From assembly GCA_016209605.1 (NCBI GenBank), contig JACQVS010000003.1, forward strand, positions 1 to 49,462: a DNA stretch of 49,462 nucleotides, in the 5' to 3' direction. This DNA comes from Planctomycetota bacterium (GTDB taxonomy: Bacteria; Planctomycetota; UBA8108; JACQVS01). This document shows positions 37,608 through 45,219 of this stretch, piece after piece (the stretch's first letter is position 1; each line of letters opens with the position of its first letter). A program made the position numbers and the translations under genes. Under the pieces are notes generated by a model. The model was not told the origin of the DNA. It searched no databases and saw only the letters and a list, made by a program, of their open reading frames with translations.

Positions 37608-39641
37608 CTAATGGGAGGTTGCCTGGTTCCCGGCCTTTTCTCTGGCGGCCTGACCGGCGTTCCACGCCTCCCAGAAGCGGTTTTCGACCTCGCCCTTGGG
37701 TTCGAGGAAGCTCCGGGGGTTCTTCCTCGCCTCCTCGAGGCGACTTTCCTTCTCCGGATCGACCCACCAGCAGTAAAAGAGCGCCTCATAATCGTGGGTT
37801 CTCAAGCCGCCCCACTCCGGCATGCCGAACTTGTTCCAGAAGACCACCCGCTGGCAGGGGAGGTACCACTCGAGGATGTAAGGGTGCTCGTTGAAGACCA
37901 GGCCGTCGATCTCGCGGATGATCTCGATGCGCTTCTTGACGTCGTACTCCTGGTCGTAGGCGTCGCACAGCGCATCGACGCGGGGGATCTTCAAGCCGGT
38001 GACGTTGTTATTGTCTTTTTGATCGGCGAGCGTGGAGTGAAAGCTGGTCTCGGGATTGGGGAAGACCAGGGCCCCCCAGGCCGTGCTCATCAGCTCGAAC
38101 TCCTTCTCGCGCAGGTTCTTCCAGCCGGCCGCGGGCGTCAAGTATTGCAGTTCGAGCCGGATGCCGGCGCGCTTGCAGGCCTCCTGGAACACCGTCAGGT
38201 GGCGCTCTGACAGGGGAGTACGATAGTTCAAGGTGAACTTGAGCTCTTTTCCATCCTTGACGCGGTAGCCGGAAGCGTTCTTCTCCTTCCAGCCCGCCTC
38301 CTCGAGCAGCTCGACGGCTTTCAGCTCGTCGTACTCGGCCAGGACGTTGGCGGGATTCTGGTAAAGGCCCCCCTGGTAGTAGCTCGAGAGCGGCTGGTAC
38401 TCGTTGAAGAAGAGCTTCTGGATCAGGGTCTTCCGGTCGAGGAGGTGGCCCAGCCCCCTGCGGACGCGGAGATCGTCAAGCGGGGGCTTCTTCATGTTGA
38501 TGGCGATGCCGCTCGTGCCGATCGGCGCATCGGTGAAGAACTTGCGCTTGAGGAGCAGGCCCCGTTTAACCGCCCCGACCTTGTCCAGCTCCTCCGCCCA
38601 CCACTGCGCCTTTGGGATGATGAAGTAGTCAATCTCGCCTTTTTTGACCATCTCGAAGGCGAGGTTCTCATCCTTCACGATGATGAACTTGATGGCGTCG
38701 AGGTTCCACAGGCCCGCCCAGGCGGGATTGGCGGCGTCCCACCAGTCCTTCCTCCGGCGGATGGTGATGGACTTCCCCATCTCGATGTCCTCGTCCCGGA
38801 CGAGGTAGGGGCCGGAGCTGGCGGTGAACTTGAACTGGTACCTCTCGAGGTACTCGGTGCCGGAAATGGAAACCTGGTGTGCCGGGAAAACCGAGGCCCC
38901 GGCGAAGTAGAGGAAGTTGCGCCAGTTCTCCTCCTTGACCTTGACCTCGACCATGTACCTGGAGAGGGCCACCGGGGTCTCAAGTTTCCCGAAGGTCATG
39001 ATGTTCGAGGGGTCGAGCAGGGTGGGATCCATGCGCAGCTTGAAGGAGGCGACGACATCTTGCGCCGTGACCTCCTTGCCGTCGCTCCAGCGGGCGGCGG
39101 GATTCAGGCGGAAGCGGTAGGTCCGCTTGTCGGGGGAGATCCACCAGTGGGTGGCGAGATTCGGGATGTGCTCCAGGGTGATGGGGTGGATGTTGAGGAG
39201 CGACTCGTAGCAGAGGTCGCGGATCAAGTAGTTGACCGAGGTGTTCCAGTCCTTCCCCGTCTGCCGCAGCGTCGCCGGCCAGTCGGGCAGGTACTGGATC
39301 ATGGCCCCCCCCTTGGGGGCCTCCTTCCAGCCCATGGCCAGGAACTTGCGGTTCGTCTGCCAGCCCTCGCCGGTGAAGCCGGGGCCGCCCAGCTCCGGCG
39401 GGACGCTCTTATCGCCGGCCCCCTGGTCCCACCGGTACTCGACCGTGGGGATGTCGAGGTTGTAGGAGGCTTTGGGGGCGGCTGGAGGCACGGCTTCAGG
39501 CCGGTCTGCTTCTGGAGTCTTCTCGGCGGGCGGGTGGGGAGGCTCAGGAGCTTTGGTGCAGGCCGAGACCAAGAGCCAAGCCGCCAGAGAAACCCCTGCA
39601 AAACAGCAGCGACAGCGCTTATCAACCCGGCTTCCCAGCAT
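37608..39641 (-). CDS. ABC transporter substrate-binding protein family 5 (OppA/DppA-like) lipoprotein.
   Basis: About 670 aa with a lipoprotein signal (LAAWLLVSAC). SBP_bac_5 architecture and size. Start chosen at 39641 (MLGSRV...). Confidence 0.8.
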   Translation of the reverse strand: MLGSRVDKRCRCCFAGVSLAAWLLVSACTKAPEPPHPPAEKTPEADRPEAVPPAAPKASYNLDIPTVEYRWDQGAGDKSVPPELGGPGFTGEGWQTNRKFLAMGWKEAPKGGAMIQYLPDWPATLRQTGKDWNTSVNYLIRDLCYESLLNIHPITLEHIPNLATHWWISPDKRTYRFRLNPAARWSDGKEVTAQDVVASFKLRMDPTLLDPSNIMTFGKLETPVALSRYMVEVKVKEENWRNFLYFAGASVFPAHQVSISGTEYLERYQFKFTASSGPYLVRDEDIEMGKSITIRRRKDWWDAANPAWAGLWNLDAIKFIIVKDENLAFEMVKKGEIDYFIIPKAQWWAEELDKVGAVKRGLLLKRKFFTDAPIGTSGIAINMKKPPLDDLRVRRGLGHLLDRKTLIQKLFFNEYQPLSSYYQGGLYQNPANVLAEYDELKAVELLEEAGWKEKNASGYRVKDGKELKFTLNYRTPLSERHLTVFQEACKRAGIRLELQYLTPAAGWKNLREKEFELMSTAWGALVFPNPETSFHSTLADQKDNNNVTGLKIPRVDALCDAYDQEYDVKKRIEIIREIDGLVFNEHPYILEWYLPCQRVVFWNKFGMPEWGGLRTHDYEALFYCWWVDPEKESRLEEARKNPRSFLEPKGEVENRFWEAWNAGQAAREKAGNQATSH

Positions 39642-39689
39642 GGCAGCTCTCCGAAACGAAGGCCCTTCAGTTTCCAATGGCGGCAGCTT

Positions 39690-40100
39690 TTAATGGCTGC
39701 AGCCGCAGCCCGAGCCGCACGAGCCGGACATCTCCTCGGGGTTGGGGAGGCGGCCCAGCTCGAAGGTCATGGAGACGCAGCGGCCCACCGACTCCTGCAC
39801 CTTCTGGATCTCCTCTTGCGCCTCGAAAAACTCGCGCGCCACGGGATTGGCGAAGAAGGCCTCGCGGAGCAGCTCGAACTCGGCAATCTCCTGCGCCATG
39901 AGAGGAGCGCCTTGCTCCTGCTTGTGCTGCAGGAACTGGCCTTTCTCGTTCAAGCGCTGGTACTGCTCCTTGGCGACATCGTTGGTCATAAACGAGTCGA
40001 TGCGCGCCTGCAAGGTTTGAAACCAGGGATGCTCGACAATGGCCTGGCAAAGATCGCGAGTCTTCAGGGTGATGGTGCTGTCGGCGGCGATGGGGTGCAT
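39690..40100 (-). CDS. YlbF/YmcA-family (UPF0342-like) regulator with a Cys-rich C-terminal tail.
   Basis: 136-aa helical, E/Q-rich protein. C-terminus GSCGSGCGCSH fits the Cys-ligated Fe-S site described for YlbF/YmcA. AGGAGA SD 10 nt upstream of the start. First gene of the opp operon. Confidence 0.4.
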   Translation of the reverse strand: MHPIAADSTITLKTRDLCQAIVEHPWFQTLQARIDSFMTNDVAKEQYQRLNEKGQFLQHKQEQGAPLMAQEIAEFELLREAFFANPVAREFFEAQEEIQKVQESVGRCVSMTFELGRLPNPEEMSGSCGSGCGCSH

Positions 40101-40114
40101 GAGGCGTTGTTCTC

Positions 40115-40536
40115 CTAGTGGTTTTCAAGAATACCTGAACCGGCCATCATTTCAATGACACCATACCCATCTATCAACTTCAATGTAAATCTCAGATCGA
40201 AGACCTTCTCCCGCACTTCGGGCGCCTTTGCGGCTGGCAGGCGCGGCAGCTCGGGGGATGCGGGGAGAGGACGGTCTCCGGCCGGAGGGGTCAGGGAGGC
40301 GGCGGCGGGCCTTGAGCTGGCGCGGGATCTTCCCCACTTCCGAGGGGCGGGCAGGAGCGGTCTACGCTCGACTGGCTGGCGGGTCGCCAGGAGGCGGTCC
40401 TCGCGGTCGATTTTTTTGAGCCAGCCCTTGATCCAGGGGAGCAGCTCGCGCCCGCCGGGAAGAGAATCCGCCGCCTCCTGGACATCCGCAAGAACGGATC
40501 GGTAGTAGAATATTCGAGATCGAGAGGTTCGATCAT
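40115..40536 (-). pseudogene. Candidate small gene interrupted by an apparent -1 frameshift (or assembly indel) near 40494.
   Basis: The ATG at 40536 gives MIEPLDLEYSTTDP..., which then decays into Arg/Ser/Pro junk. The -1 frame continues protein-like (VLADVQEAADSLPGGRELLPWIKGWLKKIDREDRLLATRQPVERR...EVREKVFDLRFTLKLIDGYGVIEMMAGSGILENH) to a stop at 40115-40117. That frame has no ATG, GTG or TTG start. Confidence 0.2.
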
Positions 40537-40713
40537 CGACTCATTCCGGTTTGAACTGGTGTCGGCTGGGGTGGTTTTGATAATTTTGTTTTTGCTCCCT
40601 GGCCTTGTCGATTTCCTTTTGTGGAACTTTATTTTCTTGCTTGATAAAACCATGTGAGATCACCGCGACGTTTTTACCGTGGAAGAAATAGAGCAGCCGG
40701 TAGTTGATTTAGG

Positions 40714-40763
40714 ACAGGTTAAATGCCGCGCTGGCACCGGAGCGCCAGCGCGGCATTTAACCT
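40714..40763. repeat. Perfect 21-bp inverted repeat (CAGGTTAAATGCCGCGCTGGC / GCCAGCGCGGCATTTAACCTG) around an 8-nt loop.
   Basis: Exact complementarity read from the sequence. Located in an AT-rich 300-bp stretch, 67 nt downstream of the aroDE stop. No flanking T-run. A second small palindrome, ATCGGAATAAATTCCGAT, lies at about 40787-40804. Confidence 0.85.
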
Positions 40764-40829
40764 GTAAGGGAAACTCATCATAATGGCTATTATCGGAATA
40801 AATTCCGATCGGTGGGGGCCCTTCACGTC

Positions 40830-42374
40830 CTAGCCGCCGTGGCGGAGGGCATGCCCCCGGCGGTAATGGTCGCTGAATTCTTCTTCGGTGGCCGTCGCGC
40901 CGGTGAAGAGCTGGAACTGCGCCACCCCTTGGGCGACGAGCATCTCGCGGCCGGAGATTTCCTCGGCCCCCATTTCCCGGGCGTCCAGGAGAAACCGCGT
41001 CTCGGCCGGCTCGTAAACCATCTCGAAGGCGAGGCGTGGATTCGCGGCCGAACCTTGGAAGATTTCTTTCGGCACCGGCGAAGGATCGCCGGCCTGGCTG
41101 CCCACGGGCGTGGCGTTGATGAAAACGCGATGGTTGCCGGCCCGAATGTCGCCGATCAGATGGCCCGGAATGCCGAGCGCCTCGGCCACCGGCCTCCCCC
41201 GCTCGATATTCCGGAAATATAAAGTGGGGGAGGCGCCCGCCTCTATCAAGGCCCGGACCGCTCCCCGCGCCGCCCCGCCGTTTCCGATCACCCCCACCGA
41301 AACGCCGCGGAGATCCGGCAACCGCCGCCGGAGCGGCAAGAGAATCCCATCAAAATCGGTGTTGTGGCCGTGAATCGTCCGCTCGTCGCTGGCGCGCTGG
41401 ATGATCAAGGTGTTCGAGGCGCCGCAGGCGCGGCTGCGAGCGTCGGCTCGCGCCGCCAGCCGGAAGGCCGCTTCCTTGAAAGGGATGGTGACGCTCAAGC
41501 CTTCGATTTGCAAAGGCTCCAGCACCTCGACCACCTCCGAGAAGGCGCCGGCCTGGAGGGGCAGGTAGCCGGCGTCGAGGCCACGGCGCCGGAACGCCGG
41601 ATTGTGCAGGTACGGAGAGTAAGAAAGCAGTGCTCGGCCTCCGGCGACGCCGAAGAGGCGAGACGATCTCTTGAGCTCCTTGACGCGGTACACTTCGAGC
41701 AGCTCTTCAACCCGCAGCTGTCCCGCGGCAACCGGCGCTCCGAAGGTTCCGTAGGTGATGGCGGACCCCCACGCCAGCGCCAGAAGGCGGCTGAGGACCC
41801 CCCGGTCCCCCATGGCGAAGCCGATGCGCCGGGGCCCCTGGGGCGGCGCCTTTTCCAGCCACCGGAGCATATGGACCGAGTCCATCAGCCGTTGGGCGGT
41901 GGGGACGATCTTGATGGCGAGCGGCGAGCCTGCGGCCATGCGCTCGCCGAGCCCGTCCAGCTCGGCGGGGGAGAGCATGCGGTCGAAGAAGTGGGCGCTG
42001 ACGATCAGGGGAGCCTGCTCGCGCGCCAGAACCCGCGCCGCTTCCGTCCCCCACTCCGCATCGACGGCGGCCGCTCCGGCCTCGATCGCCAAGCGGTACA
42101 GCCGCAGCCGCTCCGGCTCGGAGCCCTGGAAGCTGCCGCCGTGAGACGGCAGCCGCACCGTGAAGAGGACCGGCGCTCCCGAGGCTTTGAGCCGCCGGAG
42201 GCGGGATGACAAGGCGTCCGGGGTCCAGCCCCTCCCTTGGCCGAGCAGGAGGTCGGCGCGCATTTCGATGCCGGCCAGCCCAGGCCCCAGGGCCGGCTCG
42301 AGTTTTCGGTCTCCCGCTGGGCAGCCCTCGGCCAGGATGCCCACCACCCCTTGAATCGGGAACGGGGCGCTCAT
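40830..42374 (-). CDS. Bifunctional 3-dehydroquinate dehydratase (type I AroD) / shikimate dehydrogenase (AroE) fusion.
   Basis: N-terminal AroD-I pattern (GIEMRADLL). C-terminal SDH motifs (SVTIPFKEAAF, NTDFDGI, GVIGNGGAARGAVRAL). Confidence 0.8.
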   Translation of the reverse strand: MSAPFPIQGVVGILAEGCPAGDRKLEPALGPGLAGIEMRADLLLGQGRGWTPDALSSRLRRLKASGAPVLFTVRLPSHGGSFQGSEPERLRLYRLAIEAGAAAVDAEWGTEAARVLAREQAPLIVSAHFFDRMLSPAELDGLGERMAAGSPLAIKIVPTAQRLMDSVHMLRWLEKAPPQGPRRIGFAMGDRGVLSRLLALAWGSAITYGTFGAPVAAGQLRVEELLEVYRVKELKRSSRLFGVAGGRALLSYSPYLHNPAFRRRGLDAGYLPLQAGAFSEVVEVLEPLQIEGLSVTIPFKEAAFRLAARADARSRACGASNTLIIQRASDERTIHGHNTDFDGILLPLRRRLPDLRGVSVGVIGNGGAARGAVRALIEAGASPTLYFRNIERGRPVAEALGIPGHLIGDIRAGNHRVFINATPVGSQAGDPSPVPKEIFQGSAANPRLAFEMVYEPAETRFLLDAREMGAEEISGREMLVAQGVAQFQLFTGATATEEEFSDHYRRGHALRHGG

Positions 42375-42811
42375 GAGCTCGAACGAAAATATTTCCTTAT
42401 AATTTGTTGCTTGGCAGCGAGTTGCAAGTAAAATGCCTATTAAAATAAGAATTAGGAGAAGAAGGAATCAAAAACGGCCGAAATAATTAATCAGCAACAT
42501 TCCGGCTGGCCTCCCGTGGATTTGAGAAGGATTCGGTGTTGTCGGCATTATCCTCACTGGCCAGGATTGATTCAAACGAGGCCTTCACAGCATCCGGAAT
42601 GATAGCTTACATAAAGAATGGCCTTCCCGCTACCCAGTGTTCACGAAGTCCATGGCGCCCAATCCCGTAAGCCTTCGGCCGATTCCGTAAGAAAGGTAGG
42701 GGAGTGAGGGGGCCCGTCCACGACGTTGTTCGGCTTCGTCACTCGACTTCGGGTACTTCGCCAAGCCAACACCAAGGCCGATCGTAAAGGAGGGAACGTA
42801 CTTTACCGTCC
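42375..42811 (+). promoter_or_regulatory. 437-bp AT-richer divergent promoter and long 5' leader region of rho (and promoter of aroDE on the other strand).
   Basis: GC drop. Repeated CCGTAAG motifs (CCCGTAAGCCTTCGGCCGATTCCGTAAG). GGAGGG about 17 nt before the first ATG of rho. Confidence 0.4.
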
Positions 42812-44188
42812 ATGAAACAAAACTTTCAACCTGCTGGTCATTTCTCCAAGAAACCCAAGTGGCATAAGCGGCGCCATCACAAGGGGCGTCACCATCATCA
42901 ACAGCAACATCAGCATCAATATCAGTATCAAGGCGGCGGCCCGGGGGGTTACAATGGTCAAGGGGGACTGGCTGGTCAAAAGGGAATGGGGCAGCCGCGG
43001 CAGGATCGAGGGTTCGACCCCCGTCATCAAGGGCTCGATCCCCGCCTCCTCGCCGCCGGGGAGCTGTCGCTCGCTCCCACAAGCGGGGTCCTCGAGATCC
43101 AGAACGATGGCAACGGCTATCTCCGCCGGCTCGCCTTCAACTATTCCATCCGGCCGGACGACGTCTTGGTCCCGGCGGCCTTGATCCGCCAACACCGCCT
43201 TCAGGAAGGCATGGCGATTGAAGGGAAGGGCGCGGTCATCGGCCGCAGGCCGCAAAACACGCTGCTGGAAGTCCAGCTGATTGATGGGCTGCCGCCCGAT
43301 GCCCCCCCTCTGGCCAATCGCCCGGTCTTCAAGGATCTCACCAGCCTGGATCCGATCGAGAAGTTCGACCTCTCCCGAAACAACAAGGACCCTTCCATCC
43401 GCATCATCGACCTCTTGACGCCCATCGGCAAAGGGCAGCGCGGCCTCATCGTCGCCCCGCCGCGCACGGGGAAGACCATCCTCCTCCAGCGCCTGGCGCA
43501 CGCCATCACGGTGAACCATCCCGAGGTGCACTTGATCGTCCTCCTCGTCGACGAGCGCCCCGAGGAGGCCACCGACTGGAAGCGCAGCGTTCAGCGCGGC
43601 GAGGTGCTCTCCTCGACCTCCGATGAAATGGCCGCCAACCACGTCAACATCGCGGAAATCGCCATCGAACGCGCCAAGCGCCTGGTGGAGCTGAAGAAGG
43701 ACGTGGTCATTCTTTTCGACTCGCTGACGCGCCTGGCGCGGGCCTACAACAACGAGACCAAGAACTCCGGCCGCACCCTTTCGGGCGGCGTCGACGCGCG
43801 CACCCTGGAGAAGCCCAAGGCCTTCTTCGGCGCGGCCCGCAAGGCCGAGGAGGGGGGCAGCTTGACCATCCTCGCCACCGCGCTCATCGAGACCGGCAGC
43901 CGCATGGACCAGGTGATCTTCGAGGAGTTCAAGGGAACCGGCAACATGGAGCTGGTCCTGTCGAGGAAGCTCGCCGACATGCGAATTTTCCCGGCCATCG
44001 ACTTCAACCTCTCGGGCACCCGCAAGGAGGAGAAGCTGCTCCCGGAAAACCAGCTGCAGTCGGTGTGGGCCTTGCGGCGGGTGCTGCAGAAGGTCGAGGT
44101 GGTCGAGGGGATGAAGATCCTCATCAAGAAGCTCGGCGAGACCGAGACCAACGCCCAGTTCCTGGGATCGTTCCGGGCGGTGGATTGA
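42812..44188 (+). CDS. rho: Transcription termination factor Rho with an atypical basic, His/Gln/Gly-rich N-terminal extension.
   Basis: RNA-binding OB region (GVLEIQNDGNGYLRR), Q/R loops, Walker A APPRTGKT, Walker B LVDERPEE, C-terminus LSGTRKEEKL. An alternative internal start is at M59 (42986), with an AAGGGA SD. Confidence 0.9.
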   Translation: MKQNFQPAGHFSKKPKWHKRRHHKGRHHHQQQHQHQYQYQGGGPGGYNGQGGLAGQKGMGQPRQDRGFDPRHQGLDPRLLAAGELSLAPTSGVLEIQNDGNGYLRRLAFNYSIRPDDVLVPAALIRQHRLQEGMAIEGKGAVIGRRPQNTLLEVQLIDGLPPDAPPLANRPVFKDLTSLDPIEKFDLSRNNKDPSIRIIDLLTPIGKGQRGLIVAPPRTGKTILLQRLAHAITVNHPEVHLIVLLVDERPEEATDWKRSVQRGEVLSSTSDEMAANHVNIAEIAIERAKRLVELKKDVVILFDSLTRLARAYNNETKNSGRTLSGGVDARTLEKPKAFFGAARKAEEGGSLTILATALIETGSRMDQVIFEEFKGTGNMELVLSRKLADMRIFPAIDFNLSGTRKEEKLLPENQLQSVWALRRVLQKVEVVEGMKILIKKLGETETNAQFLGSFRAVD

Positions 44189-44192
44189 AAAT

Positions 44193-44882
44193 TCAAGGCT
44201 GAGTTGACGGATCTCTTCCAATCCCCGCCTGCTCGAGGAGGTCCCGCCAGGATTCCCCGGAGCGCTCTCCCAGGATCGACCTCAATCCGTGCAGGATCCA
44301 CTTGCCAAAAGCGTCGGTCTCGAGGTTGACGGCCTCGCCGGCCTGCCGCCGGCCCAACGTGGTGACCCGCAGCGTGTGCGGAATGGCGGCGAAGCTGAAC
44401 CAGCCCTCCCGGCGGCGCGCCTCCACCACCGTAAGGCTGATGCCGTCGACGGCGATGGAGCCCTTGGGGAGGATTTCATCGAGGAGCCGAGGATCGGCGG
44501 CGATGCGGAAGAGGACCTGATCCCCCTCCTGGCGCCGCTCGAGGACGCGGCCGGGGCCGTCGATGTGGCCGGTGACGAGGTGCCCGCCCAGGAGGTCCCC
44601 CAGCGCCAGGGAGCGCTCGAGGTTGACCCAGCCGCCGGGGCGCAGCTCGCCCAGGGTGGTGAGGCGCAAGGTCTCCGGCACGGTTTGAAAGGCCAGCCTC
44701 CTCCCCTGGCTTTCAACCGCCGTCAAGCACACCCCGCTCACCGCCACGCTGTCCCCCACCGCCACGGCCCGCCACGGCGGCAAATCGGCCGCCGCCTCCA
44801 CCTCCAGCTCGAGCCGCTTCCCCTCGGTGCCGCCCCGCAGGCCCACCACCCGCGCCTGCCGCTCGATGATTCCGGTGAACAT
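44193..44882 (-). CDS. ribE: Riboflavin synthase (alpha subunit).
   Basis: MFTGIIERQARVVGL N-terminus and two lumazine-binding repeats (GDSVAVSGVCLTAV / GSIAVDGISLTVV). Confidence 0.85.
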   Translation of the reverse strand: MFTGIIERQARVVGLRGGTEGKRLELEVEAAADLPPWRAVAVGDSVAVSGVCLTAVESQGRRLAFQTVPETLRLTTLGELRPGGWVNLERSLALGDLLGGHLVTGHIDGPGRVLERRQEGDQVLFRIAADPRLLDEILPKGSIAVDGISLTVVEARRREGWFSFAAIPHTLRVTTLGRRQAGEAVNLETDAFGKWILHGLRSILGERSGESWRDLLEQAGIGRDPSTQP

Positions 44883-45016
44883 AAGGTCTTGAATGGTCAG
44901 TTATTAAAAATTCTGGAAGGCCGCGAGTTTAATTTTTCCGGCAGCCGCGGGCGCATTTTAGCACGCGCCGGAATTTTCCTCGAAACAATTTACGGATCTG
45001 GCCGCCAGAAAGCCGT

Positions 45017-45044
45017 TAGTGCCGTCTTGACTTCGTTTTATCGG
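45017..45044 (+). promoter_or_regulatory. Near-consensus sigma70 promoter TTGACT-N16-TATAAT.
   Basis: TTGACT at 45017-45022 and TATAAT at 45039-45044, in an AT-rich divergent region about 175 nt upstream of the ATG at 45220. Confidence 0.55.
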
Positions 45045-45079
45045 CCGATATAATTTTATATTTGCCACATTCAATCACT

Positions 45080-45134
45080 TCACATTCTTCCCCTCGGGGG
45101 GACTCGAGGGGGGAATCACCGCCCTCGGGGGGAC
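45080..45134 (+). repeat. Two tandem copies of a 23-24-nt G/C hairpin unit (CCCCTCGGGGGGACTCGAGGGGGG) separated by 8 nt, with four G6 tracts.
   Basis: Units at 45080-45103 and 45112-45134. Each can fold as a CCCCUCG/CGAGGGG 7-bp stem. Lies in the predicted 5' UTR between the promoter and the 45220 start. Confidence 0.85.
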
Positions 45135-45219
45135 TCGAGGGGGGAAAGAATACCTTCAACTAGAAGCAAGTTATTGGCAGAAAACAGATACCAGCTCAAA
45201 GTTTGATAGGAATGTAATC

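Noticed and set aside
36426-40118. Two long plus-strand ORFs (594 aa and 557 aa) across the opp permease and oppA genes.
   Set aside because: Antisense shadow ORFs with Asp/Glu/Gly/Ala/Leu-rich repetitive translations. The minus-strand genes have clear ABC transporter signatures.
40155-40653. ORF-track frames 40155-40505 (+, 116 aa) and 40291-40653 (-, 120 aa) in the ylbF/aroDE intergenic region.
   Set aside because: Both translate to Arg/Ser/Gly/Pro-rich junk. The only protein-like reading here is the frameshifted minus-strand candidate, reported separately at low confidence.
42803-44221. 472-aa minus-strand ORF antisense to rho.
   Set aside because: Shadow ORF. rho has Walker motifs and the OB-fold on the plus strand.
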